Below, in pieces: positions 29,002 to 39,645 of a stretch of DNA of 64,000 nucleotides. Below the pieces are notes generated by a model. It saw only the letters and a program-made list of their open reading frames with translations, did not search any database and was not told the origin of the DNA. The position numbers were made by a program, and so were the translations under genes. Source of the DNA: a virus (Duplodnaviria; Caudoviricetes); the IMG/VR virus record IMGVR_UViG_3300009082_000959. One strand, given 5' to 3'. Position 1 is the first letter of the stretch. Each line of letters begins with the position of its first letter.

Positions 29002-29376
29002 ATGCGTCCTCTATCAATTCGGCACAAAATAGCAACAATTGAAGCCTCCAAGTCTGGTGTCGGCGTAAGTGCTGGTGCGAGAAAATATATGAGAACCGCT
29101 ATGCCCGAATATAAGAGCGTTGGAAATGCTGAACTAAACGAGCTAATCGTGTTTGAGTTTTCAAAGTGCGCGCCGTGGAGCAGATTCAAACTAAATAAAA
29201 CACTAGATGGAATAGCCGAAATAAGAAAAAGTTCGAGGTTTGTATTCGTCGCTAGAATAAGAGATAGAGGGACATCGCAGTCTGGGTATGATATTATAAC
29301 GATACAACCAAACTCTAAAGAGGTTTCAGAAAAAATTAGAAAACTACGCCTACAGCCCGGTTGGGGCTTTGAATAA
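29002..29376 (+). CDS. Hypothetical basic protein
   Basis: Starts MRPLSIRHKIA (motif variant). Confidence 0.65.
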   Translation: MRPLSIRHKIATIEASKSGVGVSAGARKYMRTAMPEYKSVGNAELNELIVFEFSKCAPWSRFKLNKTLDGIAEIRKSSRFVFVARIRDRGTSQSGYDIITIQPNSKEVSEKIRKLRLQPGWGFE

Positions 29377-29387
29377 CGGAGAACAAT

Positions 29388-29789
29388 ATGGAAATCCTTA
29401 AAAAACTAGCTACTTTGGCAAATGAACTTGATAAGATGGGGCTTACTGCTGAAGCAACTGAAATAGACCTTATAATTGAAAAGTTGGGCCAAAACGGAAT
29501 TGATAATGTTTTTGAGCAAATAAAAAATGAGATTACTCCGTTTATTCCAGCAGGAACGCTTAAATGGAATCCCAAAAAGCCAGTATTATCCCTTCGTCCA
29601 GTATTAGATGAGTATTATCCTGGATTATTTAGAAAGGGAATGACTGCGGACGGATTACTGGAGGCCATAAGAAATTCCAACAAAACAAAGACAAAACCAA
29701 CCACAGCTCCAATTGGTCAAACGAGAGACCCTGGACCAATTAAAGTCGATTTTCAAATGCCATCGCCTGGACCACAACCTAAACTATAA
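29388..29789 (+). CDS. Hairpin-tag protein
   Basis: GGAG SD; LKKLATLANELDKMGLTAEATEIDLII. Confidence 0.75.
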   Translation: MEILKKLATLANELDKMGLTAEATEIDLIIEKLGQNGIDNVFEQIKNEITPFIPAGTLKWNPKKPVLSLRPVLDEYYPGLFRKGMTADGLLEAIRNSNKTKTKPTTAPIGQTRDPGPIKVDFQMPSPGPQPKL

Positions 29790-30685
29790 TGGACAAGCTT
29801 GCTATTATTAAAAAACTTCCAAACGGAAAATATCGTCTTTATAGCAAGAAGAAAGATAAAAATGGCAAAAGACGAAATCTTGGGACATTTGATTCCATTT
29901 CAGCCGCGAAAGATAGGGAAAAAGATATAAATTATTTTAAACATAATGCTGATGATGGTGAGACAGATTCAGAGTTGGATAAACTTATTTCTGACCTCTC
30001 CACTATTGCTGCATATTTAGAGGAGGCAGGAATGTCTGGAGCAAACGAAATAAGCAAAGCTATGGACGCAATAGATGGAAGTTTTGCAGATGATGGTATT
30101 CCAGAGTGGGAAATGGAACTTGCTAATATGGATATTTCTCCCAAAGCGCGTAAAAAAGAAAAACTATATCGAAAACACGAAATATTAACTGACCCAGAAG
30201 AAATGGATGAAATGACAGGAGAGAACCCTGATTTATACGACTTAATGTCTTACAATAAAATAAATAAAGAGTTGGATGAAATTTACAGAACAGAAAGCGC
30301 TGGTGGCTACGCAAAAGCACAAAGATGGATAGAGGAAAATGTAGATCAAATGAAACTTTCTGACAATATGAAACAATCTTTATTAGATAGAGTTTCATCA
30401 CCAATGTGGGAAATTTTTGATGCTAACGACGGCGATTATGCTGACGATCCGATAATGGCTAGTGTTCCTGATGTCCAAATGAACTACCCTGGTTCTGGAA
30501 ATTATGAAATGACTGGTGAGGTTGCTGGTGGAACACAAGCACTTTTCTCAATTCCAGAAGCAACCGTAATGGCGCATCTTGTTGAAAAATTAACAAAACT
30601 AGCAAATCATCTTGATGGTATTGGATACTTTGATTGTGCCAGTGAAATAGATGAAATAACCAAATCATTACGAAAAACAAAATAA
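29789..30685 (+). CDS. Hairpin-tag protein with basic N-terminal domain
   Basis: IIKKLPNGKYRLYSKK...NLGTFDS; C-terminal LTKLANHLDGIGYFDCASEIDEI. Confidence 0.75.
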   Translation: MDKLAIIKKLPNGKYRLYSKKKDKNGKRRNLGTFDSISAAKDREKDINYFKHNADDGETDSELDKLISDLSTIAAYLEEAGMSGANEISKAMDAIDGSFADDGIPEWEMELANMDISPKARKKEKLYRKHEILTDPEEMDEMTGENPDLYDLMSYNKINKELDEIYRTESAGGYAKAQRWIEENVDQMKLSDNMKQSLLDRVSSPMWEIFDANDGDYADDPIMASVPDVQMNYPGSGNYEMTGEVAGGTQALFSIPEATVMAHLVEKLTKLANHLDGIGYFDCASEIDEITKSLRKTK

Positions 30686-30699
30686 TAGGAGAGAGAACC

Positions 30700-31515
30700 A
30701 TGAAATTTTTGCAGAGACTTATTAAATTAGCAAATGATTTGGACAGCCGCGGTCTTTTTGGCGAGGCTGACGAACTTGATGCAATTATACGAAATGCAGC
30801 GGACGGCGTCTTTGGCCCAGGAACAGGCGGATTGGCTGGATTACCAACACCATCTATGGAGGGAGCCTATCAAAGATACAAATCACGAACCAGTCCAGAC
30901 AATATAAAAACCTGGCAATCACAATATAATGCCGCCCTTCAATTGCTACAAAAACGCTTGGGATTTTTGCCAAGCGGAATGACACCGCTTAAAGTAGATG
31001 GAATAAGGGGCAAAAACACTATTATGGCCATGAATTATGTAAAGCAAATTCTTGGCGGAAAAGGAACACTAAAAAACTTTGTAGAAACAGTTGTCGCTAA
31101 CGAAATGAACAATAAACAATTAGGTAGTCCAGCAGTTGCAACACGAGAACAAATTACCGATGCTCTAAAAAAATATGTTGAACAGAACATGAGCATTACT
31201 GATGCTCCACTCGACGCAGAAGTTCAAAATAATATAACTGGTGTCGCCAATAAATTATTCGAACAAGTTGCACAAGGACAACTAACCCAAAAACAACTAC
31301 TCTCTGCCATAGTTGATTCCGCAAGGTCAATAGGTTCGCAGTTTGAGGAAAGAATGTATGCACAAATGGGTGAAAACCCTCTTAAAGATTTCGAGATCTC
31401 CGCACCAACACAACCAAAACCATCAATGATTAGAGAGCCACGCGGAGGACAGATAGGAACCTATATGCCAATCCCAGACAGCGTAATGCCAACCACAAAT
31501 TACCCAATAAAGTAA
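30700..31515 (+). CDS. Hairpin-tag protein with peptidoglycan-binding-like motif
   Basis: LIKLANDLDSRGLFGEADELDAIIRNAA; LKVDGIRGKNT resembles PG_binding_1 (VDGxxGxxT). Confidence 0.7.
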   Translation: MKFLQRLIKLANDLDSRGLFGEADELDAIIRNAADGVFGPGTGGLAGLPTPSMEGAYQRYKSRTSPDNIKTWQSQYNAALQLLQKRLGFLPSGMTPLKVDGIRGKNTIMAMNYVKQILGGKGTLKNFVETVVANEMNNKQLGSPAVATREQITDALKKYVEQNMSITDAPLDAEVQNNITGVANKLFEQVAQGQLTQKQLLSAIVDSARSIGSQFEERMYAQMGENPLKDFEISAPTQPKPSMIREPRGGQIGTYMPIPDSVMPTTNYPIK

Positions 31516-31527
31516 AAGAGGACTAAA

Positions 31528-32418
31528 ATGATCACCAAACTTGTAAAACTAGCAAATCACCTAGACTCAATTGGAGAACACGATTTAGCAGACCAAATTG
31601 ATGCTATAGTAAAAAGCGCCGCATTGTTGAGCGCAAGAAATAGTTTAATTGATGCGCTTAAAAACGACGACACCAAAAAGGCCAATGACGCAATTATGGA
31701 ATTGGTGTCTCAAATTCCGCGCGGCTCTAATGCCGCTGATGAATTGGGTATTTCCAGCAAAGAATTCAAAGAACTTGCTAATGCCATACACACAGGTGAT
31801 CTTGAATCAGCGCGCAAAGTATTTAATGTTGGCAAAGCGGTAAGCAAGGACCCAAATAAAATAAATCCCTTTACAGGACAACCATGGCCATCCGGAGAAG
31901 TAAAAGAGGAACCAAAGCAGTCTGATACGGGTAAAAAGAAATATGAATTTACGGGGAAAGAAACATCCACAAGAGGGTTTGGTGGAGTAAAAGTAAAAGA
32001 AATTATGCGGTTAAGTGATGGCAAGATTGGTGGGTGGATAGAGAAAGAAGAAAACCTATCACATGAGGGTCAGTGTTTTGTTTATGATAATGCCATGGTT
32101 TACAATGACGCAACGGTTACTGAAGACGCCATTGTTTGTGGTAATGCACATGTTTATGGAACAGTTAGTGTTAGTGGTAGAACCCATGTTGCTGAAAAAG
32201 CACATGTTCATGGAAATGCGAAAATTTCTGGTATAGGATATATTGGTGGTAATGCAGAAATACTTGAAGATGCAGAAATATCTGAAGATGCATCGGTTTA
32301 CGATGACGCCATTGTTGGAGGGTCTGCAAAAATTAGTGGAACTGCTGACATACGCGGAAATGCAAAAGTGTTTATAGATTTTTCGAGTGGTACTGTTTCA
32401 TCAGGAACACATGTATAA
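31528..32418 (+). CDS. Hairpin-tag protein with left-handed beta-helix (hexapeptide) repeats
   Basis: LVKLANHLDSIGEHDLADQIDAIVKSAA; GGWIEKEENLS followed by VYDNAM/VCGNAH/VHGNAK hexapeptides. Confidence 0.8.
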   Translation: MITKLVKLANHLDSIGEHDLADQIDAIVKSAALLSARNSLIDALKNDDTKKANDAIMELVSQIPRGSNAADELGISSKEFKELANAIHTGDLESARKVFNVGKAVSKDPNKINPFTGQPWPSGEVKEEPKQSDTGKKKYEFTGKETSTRGFGGVKVKEIMRLSDGKIGGWIEKEENLSHEGQCFVYDNAMVYNDATVTEDAIVCGNAHVYGTVSVSGRTHVAEKAHVHGNAKISGIGYIGGNAEILEDAEISEDASVYDDAIVGGSAKISGTADIRGNAKVFIDFSSGTVSSGTHV

Positions 32419-32737
32419 TTCAATTTTTAATAAATTGGTTGTTTTGGCTAATGCGCTAGATTCCAAGGGTTTTTATTTAGAAGCCTCGGAACTAGACAAA
32501 ATATTGAGTGATTTATGCAGCGATGAAATGTCTGATATAATAGAGAAATTGGAAGACACAGAAAACAGCAAAAAATCAGTAAGAGTGGATAAACCAGAGA
32601 AAGAAAAACAGAAAAGTGATGTTGTTCCTAATTCAACCGGGCATGTTGGAAGTGGTTTAATAGATAATCCAAATTCCGGAATGGGCCAGGGTTTCAGCGA
32701 GGCATATATGTACTCCACTTTTGGTGATTTAAGTTAA
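32411..32737 (+). CDS. Small hairpin-tag protein
   Basis: ATG 32411 overlaps the upstream stop; LVVLANALDSKGFYLEASELDKIL. Confidence 0.7.
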   Translation: MYNSIFNKLVVLANALDSKGFYLEASELDKILSDLCSDEMSDIIEKLEDTENSKKSVRVDKPEKEKQKSDVVPNSTGHVGSGLIDNPNSGMGQGFSEAYMYSTFGDLS

Positions 32738-32753
32738 GCCAAAAAACCATAAA

Positions 32754-32767
32754 TCTATCAATATTAT
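32754..32767 (+). promoter_or_regulatory. Putative late promoter TCTATCAATATTAT (copy 2)
   Basis: Intergenic copy of the recurring motif. Confidence 0.6.
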
Positions 32768-32825
32768 TGAAATATATTGTACGGACCGGCCTATCTGGGC
32801 CTTATCTTATTTGTAGGAAATATAA

Positions 32826-33419
32826 ATGAAACAATTAAATGCCAATGTCGGTCCAAAAATGGTTCTCGAAATTACCGATACAGAACGTGAAACAGCAAAA
32901 CAGGTAAAAGAAGAGTTTAAAGCGATCCTTAAAAAATTGACCTCCGCAATCCGCGTTGTCACTAGTTTAAGGGATGCAATAGTTGAAGAGCACCCATCAC
33001 GAGAGGATCTAAAAACCAAATACCACGGTCGTCTTTTAAGATATCGTAGAAAGATTTTAGATACCTTCAATGATTTACTGACCGATGTAAAAACCTCCCT
33101 AGAAAAATTATCACATATAAGCGATCCAGAAATGATTAGGTTGCGTGAAGTAATAATAGCAGAGGTTGGCGAATTATCTGATGGCGTTGAAGCTATTGTT
33201 GATTTACTTAAAGACTCTAATAGGGAAAGTTTTACCAAAACACTCGAACGAATTACCTCACAAATCGAAAAAAGACAGCGATCAATTATTGATGTAATAG
33301 ACAACCAATTGACAAATCACATAAACAATGATATATTTGGTAGAATGAAGATTAGTGATTTGCGTTTTAGAATTATGCGCAGAGCACGATTGGTTAGATT
33401 AGCAATAAGGGAAAATTAG
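32826..33419 (+). CDS. Helical hypothetical protein
   Basis: AGGA SD; 197-aa ORF. Confidence 0.7.
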   Translation: MKQLNANVGPKMVLEITDTERETAKQVKEEFKAILKKLTSAIRVVTSLRDAIVEEHPSREDLKTKYHGRLLRYRRKILDTFNDLLTDVKTSLEKLSHISDPEMIRLREVIIAEVGELSDGVEAIVDLLKDSNRESFTKTLERITSQIEKRQRSIIDVIDNQLTNHINNDIFGRMKISDLRFRIMRRARLVRLAIREN

Positions 33420-33599
33420 ATGGCACTTGTAAAATATGGAACAGAAATGCCAGTCATTTCCTATTACGACCAGAATGGCGTGAAAGAAGTTTGCCCCGAT
33501 TGTGGAAAACTTCTCACGGTTGTTGTGCTGGACGACAATGATACCATCCTTGTGTGCGAGTACTGTATTAAAAAAGAAATCAAGCAGGAGTCCCGTTAA
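33420..33599 (+). CDS. 59-aa zinc-ribbon protein (not in the ORF track)
   Basis: MALVKYG...VCPDCGK...VCEYCIK; fills the gap exactly (ATG follows the upstream TAG; TAA overlaps the next ATG). Confidence 0.7.
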   Translation: MALVKYGTEMPVISYYDQNGVKEVCPDCGKLLTVVVLDDNDTILVCEYCIKKEIKQESR

Positions 33600-34216
33600 T
33601 GAATCAAAAAGAAAATGAAATTCTTTCACTACTGGTCAAAATGGCAGACGAATTTGATCAAACCGGTGACCATGATTTGGCAGCCAATGTAGACAAAACA
33701 ATTACGTCTATGGCCAGCAGAAGGACACCACTAAAAGAACTAGACGACGAAACCAAGAAAAACCTTATAATTTTTATTCATGATGCAAACCAAAATACCT
33801 CTAAATCAGTCAAAGGCTTAAAAGAGTTATTTAGACGACTTAGATATTTTGATTTAGTTGATTCAATTAAAGACCTTGGTTTGGATAGAGTTGTCAAGGA
33901 TATGAGCAAAACGCAAGAGTGTCTCGATGGCGCAAAAAAGAAATTTTTTGAGTTAATACACGGAAAGAAACCATCAAGACAGGACTTGGAAAAATTATTT
34001 GATACGTTGTCTGATGCTGCCGAAAAATCAGGTGGCCCACTAGATTTCTTTGAATCACAGCTTAAAAAAGAAATTGTGGATAGTGAAAACGAAGACAGCG
34101 ATGACGAAGAGGAAAACGAGGACACGGAAGAAGATGAGAAAGAAACAGAGATAGACGAAGAATCACTCAAAGAATTTTGGTCCGATTTAGAAAACTACAA
34201 GGACAAAGAAGAATAA
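33599..34216 (+). CDS. Hairpin-tag protein with acidic C-tail
   Basis: LVKMADEFDQTGDHDLAANVDKTI. Confidence 0.75.
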   Translation: MNQKENEILSLLVKMADEFDQTGDHDLAANVDKTITSMASRRTPLKELDDETKKNLIIFIHDANQNTSKSVKGLKELFRRLRYFDLVDSIKDLGLDRVVKDMSKTQECLDGAKKKFFELIHGKKPSRQDLEKLFDTLSDAAEKSGGPLDFFESQLKKEIVDSENEDSDDEEENEDTEEDEKETEIDEESLKEFWSDLENYKDKEE

Positions 34217-34219
34217 AGA

Positions 34220-35062
34220 ATGAGTTATAGTTTAGAAGAGATTAGTAATTGGGCAAAATATTATAGCGAATGTCATTCGTTTAATAAGGTTGCCAAAAAA
34301 TTCCGTGTTAATATAAAAACAGTTAATAAGCATTTGACAAAAAATAAAGAACTGTTATCTATATCTCTTTCGCACGAAGAATCGAAAAAACTAAAAGAGG
34401 CAGGAGTTAAAAGGTGCAATAAGTGCAATACTACACTTACACTAGATAAGTTTGAGTTCAATAAGTCAAACAATTCGCATAGATCCGAATGTATTGTTTG
34501 TCGCAGAAACGAAAATAAAAAATACAGGGACTCTCATAAAACAGAGTCAGCAGAGTATCAAAAAGAGTATAGGGAAATAAACGCAGACAAAATTAAAGAA
34601 CACGATTACCAACGGCACCAGAACAACAAGCAAGTATGGAATGCAAACGTAAAAGAATGGTATTATGCAAATTGGTCTGTTATAAGACAAACACGAAACG
34701 AAAGACATAAAGAAAGAATGCGTGACGACCCAAAATATAGAATTGCTAGAACTTTGCGCGGCAGACTTCATACAATGGCCAGAAAATCTAAACTTAATAA
34801 AAAAGAACAACACACACTTGATTATCTCGGTTGTTCTATTGAGTTTTTTGTTTCTTATATTGAAAATAAGTTTTATCAAAGAGTAGAAACAAAAGAAAGT
34901 ATGACTTGGGACAACTATGGATTTTATGGTTGGCACATAGACCACATAAAGCCATTGGATTCATTTAATCTATTTGATGAGGAAGAAATAAAACTAGCAT
35001 GTCATTATACTAATCTTCAACCTCTTTGGTCGGAGGATAATTGGAGTAAAGGAAACAGGTAG
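34220..35062 (+). mobile_element. HNH homing endonuclease (paralog 3)
   Basis: WHIDHIKPLDSFNL...ACHYTNLQPLWSEDNWSKGN; N-terminal HTH and CxxC pairs. Confidence 0.85.
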
Positions 35063-35063
35063 A

Positions 35064-35732
35064 ATGGAAAAGAAGTGCAAGAGATGTAATGAAACAAAGA
35101 CCGAGGAATGTTTTTATCTCAATAAAAAAACATTAAAACGCGCAAATATATGTATTGCTTGTGACAAGAAGAGATTAAAGGAATATAGAATCAAAAACAA
35201 GGACAAGTTGTCTGCGCGGACGAAAGAGTGGCAAAAACAAAACCCAGAAAAAGCAAAAAAGAATAGGGACAATTGGGCAAGAAAACACAAAGAAAAAGTA
35301 AATGCAAAAAGCAAGCGGTGGAAGGATAAGAATAAAAAACATTCATTAGAATATAATAGTGCTGTATATGCCAGTAGAAAACATGATCCAATGTATATGC
35401 TTCCTAGAAATTTGAGGACTAGACTATATCAGGCAATTAAACATAATTTTAAGTCTGGCTCAGCAGTGGCGAGTCTTGGTTGTTCTATAAAGAGTTTTAA
35501 AAAATATATGGAATCTAAATTTTATGATAATAAAAAAACAAAAATGAAGATGTCTTGGGATAACTATGGCAAAAATGGCTGGCACATTGATCACATTATC
35601 CCTTTGGCAAGTTTTGATTTAAGTGACGCTAGTCAGCTTGCAATAGCATGTCACTATACTAATTTACAACCGTTGTGGGCAGAAGAAAATTTTAAAAAGG
35701 GCAATAGAGTTGAGGAGATCAAAAATGTTTAA
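35064..35732 (+). mobile_element. HNH homing endonuclease (paralog 4)
   Basis: WHIDHIIPLASFDL...ACHYTNLQPLWAEENFKKGN. Confidence 0.85.
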
Positions 35733-38700
35733 AAAACTTGGAGAAAATTTTGATTTTTCTTCATCCAGTTTGCTTGAACCAAAACAAGCACTACAAGACA
35801 CGGAAATTGCTGCACGTTTTGTTAAAATGGCAAAAAAGTTACGTCGAATTGCGCCAAAGGCTAAAGATTTCGTGTACGGAGATGCCATTATTATGCACTC
35901 GGCCGAGGCTTCGTTGATCGACTTGAATACAGGAAAACCAATATTAAACAAAAATGGAGAGCCGGTTCAGGGATGTTTTGAGGACTTTATAAACAAAAAA
36001 GGCGTAAAATCTGTTAGATGGATTTCAAAAGATGGTATTAAGCCATATAAAAATAAAAACGGTGATATTTTCAGTGAAGCAGAGTTGTTAAAAGCATACA
36101 AAAAATGGATAGGTAAGCCTCTGTGTAAAGATCATATCTCTGATTCGGTTGATGGTATTCGAGGAATAATCATTGATACATATTATGATAGTAAATTCAA
36201 GAGGGTACGCGCTCTTTTTGCCTTAGACCGCAAAAACTACGGTGACTTGGCTCGTAAAGTTGAGTCTGGTTATGCTACAGCGGTTTCCATGGGCACTGCG
36301 GTTGGTAGAGCGGTTTGCACAGAATGCGGAAATGTTGCAGTTACCGAGAAAGAGTACTGCAATTGTATTCGTTCCCACGCAAACTATGGCGAAATAAACC
36401 TGGACCTAAGCCCACTAGAACTATCTCTCGTTGTTAATGGTGCTGATGGACTCGCTCATGTTAGAAATGTCATCGCTTCTATGAATAATTATGTAGAAAC
36501 TAAACAGGCACGAATTTGCGAGTTGGTTAATGATAGATGCGTTAATCCAACAGAACTACAGAGTATAGCCGATTCTCTCTCGGATATGCAAACCAAAATA
36601 AGTGGATTACTTGGTCTTACGAAAAAAGCAGATCTCGGAGAAGATGTCGCTGCTTTAAGGGAAATTTCAAAAATGGAAGAGTCCCTCAATGATCCAGAAA
36701 AATCAGAAGAGACCAAGGAAAAACTTAAAAAACGAATCCATGATCTTGAAATACAACTTGATCGCGCTGGTGAAGAACAAAAACAAGAAAAAACTTGGCC
36801 ACCAGTTAGACCAGGACCAGTTCCTTCATTGCCAAGTTCTATGGACGGTGATGCAAGCGATTTAGGCAAACCAAGCACAACTACTTTCAATGGATTTGCC
36901 GAACCAAACCTACGATATGCGAGTTTAGAAGGAGACAAACAGGGTGCTTTGTCAGTTGAATTAGGTCTCCTTCGATCCAAAATAGATAAAATGCAAGACA
37001 GTTTGAATGTATTGAATACAAAAGTCTCTAAGGAGGAGAATATTATGAATTCTGCTAGATTACGTGCGCGTGCTAAGGCACGAAGGGCTTATTGGCTTGG
37101 CGGTGGTGGTATCAATGAACCAACACCTGGACAACCAAAGTATGAGAAAGATCCTATGGCCGAGAAAGTGCGAGATAGTGAAGATAAGCAAATGGTGGGA
37201 GAACCACTTGAAACTGGATCCGAAGGCTTGCACCCTGGTGATGAAGAGAAATTGAGAGACGCTGGTCGCAATGGTCTAAACCTAAGTAAGGCCGAACTCA
37301 AAGAACGCGCTTTAAAGCGTCGTGGTTATTTCCAAGGTGGCGGCGGCATTAATGAACCAACACCTGGGCAGCCAAAGTATGAGAAAGATCCTATGGCCGA
37401 GAATGTTCGTGACAAGGAAGATAAGCAGTTGGAGACCTATGACATGGGCGGGACCGATGGAACCGTTCCTGGTGATATGGAAATAAAGAAAACACTATTG
37501 CGTGCCAAGTTGCGCGCAAAGTTTGTTAAGGTTGCTGATAGAACCGGTGGAATCAATAAGGCTGCTTCTCGTTGGGAAGTTTATGCTGGCGATAAGATGA
37601 TTCTTACTGCTACCGGCAAAGAAATCTTTGATGACCAGCTCGAAGGTAGTTGGGATTATCTAAGTTCAAGAGATTACGGCAAAGATGTTATCGCTGCAAT
37701 TAGGTCTGACGGTTTTGATCGTGTTGCCTACTTGCTTAAGGGCGCAGCCGATCCAATGCCTGCCGATCCGTTGGCAGGAGATCCTTTGGCTGGTCTTCCA
37801 GCCGCTGCTCCAGCTCCGGATGCGGCTCCACCAGCCGCAGAAGCACCTGCTGAGCCAAAGAAAGAAGAGGGCGGGGTTAAAGAGAAGGTAGATTCTGCTC
37901 TCGGCGAAATGGAGGAAGCAATTGAGTCAGTTAGATCCGCCGTTACAGAGGGTGGCGAAAAGTTGGTTGATATAGAGGTAAAGGTTGATGAGGATGCAAA
38001 GGGTGAAGGCAAAGATTCAACCCCAGTTGCTGCCCTTACTGCCGCTGAAAGAAGCGAGTTAATGGAATTGCATGCGTTGCTAAATGAATCAGCAGACGAA
38101 TTGGCCCTAATAAGTGAAGCACTAGAGTCAAATAAGTCAGACCGCAGGGTTGTTAATGCCGCTTACCAGGCTCTTTCTGATGCTCAAATTATCCTAGAGG
38201 CCAAGAAAAAGAAGGTGAAGGACGACGAAGAGGAAGACAAGGAAGATGGTAAGGGTTTCTTTGGCAAAAAGGACAAGAAGGACGAAGACAAGGACGACAA
38301 GAAAGATAAGAAGGACGAGGATAAAGACGACAAGAAGGAAGATAAGGACGAGAAGAAAGATAAGAAGGATGCGAAAAAGGACAAGAAGGACGAAGACAAG
38401 GAAGATGAGAAGGAATCAAAGGCACAGAAGTTGCTAAATGACGCTCTTCGCGTTCGTTCTGAAAACCGCGCCGCATTGCTGTCAAAGATGGCAGAGCCCG
38501 AATTAAAAGACATGGTTAAGGAAAAGGTTAATACAGAAATTAAGAAGGAGTTAGAGGGCGGATTGCCAGCCGATGATGCAATGCTAGATGACAGTGGGTG
38601 TCTTGGTTGCACAGATGACGTTGTAGAAAGCGATGAATCTGCAAAGCTGGCTCGACGGAAGGCTCGTGAAGAATTGGTTGCTAATGCCGCCAAGAGTCTT

Positions 38701-39399
38701 TTGGGCAAGTACGAGTTGGATCTTGGTCCAGCATCAAACGCCACCGAACCAACTTATTTCCAAGCTCATCCAAGTGGCAAGGGAACTGTTACCGAGCTTA
38801 CTCACACAAAAACACCTGAAGCTAAGGTTGAGACAATTTCAGAAGTTCATGATGTTATGCGTGATGTAGCAGAGTCAGGTCCTCGTAATGTTCGTGAAGC
38901 CGCTGCTCTATTACAGGAAGCAATTGTTAAGGGTGCTTTCTCGTCTGCCGATGTGGACGGCTTAGTTGCAGAGGGTAAGGTTGATGCTGCTGCTGCCGCT
39001 TATTGGAAGAAATACTTTGCTATGGCTCCCGATTCAAATAATTTTGGAGCGGAACTAAGCAAGGAATTTGCTACCAAGAAGAAGGCATCAGAGGATACCA
39101 ATTATAAGGTTAAGCTTCGCAGAGCTTATGACATTGGTCTCATGGCACAGGAAAAGGGAATGATAGGTGAAACCCGTGCATCACTTGATACCTATGTTGA
39201 TGAGGTTATGCAGTTTGATGACGCTGCATTTGAATCAACCAAGCGTATTGTTGCTGGTATGAGCGGCCGTAGTAAGAAGTCGTCTCTTCCAAGGGTTGGA
39301 GCTGATGCAGCTAATGAAGCTATGAATGTTACTGCCAGCTCAGATGTTGCTCCTGTTGTAAGTTTGACAGACCAACTCGGTAGCTTGGGTTGGAAGTAA
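35725..39399 (+). CDS. Prohead (maturation) protease fused to a scaffold-like region
   Basis: GAGGAG SD; NKNGDIF...KPLCKDH...VSMG...ELSLVVNGAD fits the HK97/assemblin-type His/Ser protease; long coiled-coil and low-complexity C-terminal region. Confidence 0.75.
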   Translation: MFKKLGENFDFSSSSLLEPKQALQDTEIAARFVKMAKKLRRIAPKAKDFVYGDAIIMHSAEASLIDLNTGKPILNKNGEPVQGCFEDFINKKGVKSVRWISKDGIKPYKNKNGDIFSEAELLKAYKKWIGKPLCKDHISDSVDGIRGIIIDTYYDSKFKRVRALFALDRKNYGDLARKVESGYATAVSMGTAVGRAVCTECGNVAVTEKEYCNCIRSHANYGEINLDLSPLELSLVVNGADGLAHVRNVIASMNNYVETKQARICELVNDRCVNPTELQSIADSLSDMQTKISGLLGLTKKADLGEDVAALREISKMEESLNDPEKSEETKEKLKKRIHDLEIQLDRAGEEQKQEKTWPPVRPGPVPSLPSSMDGDASDLGKPSTTTFNGFAEPNLRYASLEGDKQGALSVELGLLRSKIDKMQDSLNVLNTKVSKEENIMNSARLRARAKARRAYWLGGGGINEPTPGQPKYEKDPMAEKVRDSEDKQMVGEPLETGSEGLHPGDEEKLRDAGRNGLNLSKAELKERALKRRGYFQGGGGINEPTPGQPKYEKDPMAENVRDKEDKQLETYDMGGTDGTVPGDMEIKKTLLRAKLRAKFVKVADRTGGINKAASRWEVYAGDKMILTATGKEIFDDQLEGSWDYLSSRDYGKDVIAAIRSDGFDRVAYLLKGAADPMPADPLAGDPLAGLPAAAPAPDAAPPAAEAPAEPKKEEGGVKEKVDSALGEMEEAIESVRSAVTEGGEKLVDIEVKVDEDAKGEGKDSTPVAALTAAERSELMELHALLNESADELALISEALESNKSDRRVVNAAYQALSDAQIILEAKKKKVKDDEEEDKEDGKGFFGKKDKKDEDKDDKKDKKDEDKDDKKEDKDEKKDKKDAKKDKKDEDKEDEKESKAQKLLNDALRVRSENRAALLSKMAEPELKDMVKEKVNTEIKKELEGGLPADDAMLDDSGCLGCTDDVVESDESAKLARRKAREELVANAAKSLLGKYELDLGPASNATEPTYFQAHPSGKGTVTELTHTKTPEAKVETISEVHDVMRDVAESGPRNVREAAALLQEAIVKGAFSSADVDGLVAEGKVDAAAAAYWKKYFAMAPDSNNFGAELSKEFATKKKASEDTNYKVKLRRAYDIGLMAQEKGMIGETRASLDTYVDEVMQFDDAAFESTKRIVAGMSGRSKKSSLPRVGADAANEAMNVTASSDVAPVVSLTDQLGSLGWK
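37099..37427 (+). repeat. Direct repeat pair encoding GGGGINEPTPGQPKYEKDPMAExVRDxEDKQ
   Basis: Copies at ~37099-37190 and ~37336-37427. Confidence 0.9.
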
Positions 39400-39427
39400 A
39401 TAATATATAGCACATTGCAGAATTCAT

Positions 39428-39456
39428 AGGAGGAGCGGTAAAACGCTCCTCCTTTC
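39428..39456 (+). terminator. Intrinsic terminator-like hairpin after the protease/scaffold gene
   Basis: AGGAGGAGCG-gtaaaa-CGCTCCTCCT perfect 10-bp stem; short T tract. Confidence 0.7.
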
Positions 39457-39474
39457 TCCTAATAGAGAAATAAA

Positions 39475-39645
39475 ATGAACATTGATGGTTTAATTGCGTG
39501 CTTAGAGTTTAATTTAGAGTTGCAAAACCTTAGGAAGATTGGATTATCAGAGGAAGAGATAGAGGGTTTCTTTGATTTCAATTGGTGCTCCGATAAGGAC
39601 ATAATAAATTCTCTCTTGGAATTGGTAAAAGATGATGATAACTAG
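39475..39645 (+). CDS. 56-aa hypothetical protein (not in the ORF track)
   Basis: MNIDGLIACLEFNLELQNLRKIG...KDDDN*; GAGA SD; overlaps the next start. Confidence 0.5.
   Translation: MNIDGLIACLEFNLELQNLRKIGLSEEEIEGFFDFNWCSDKDIINSLLELVKDDDN

Noticed and set aside
38200-38420. GAC/AAG-rich stretch as a separate repeat element or antisense gene
   Set aside because: It is low-complexity Lys/Asp/Glu coding sequence within the scaffold ORF.
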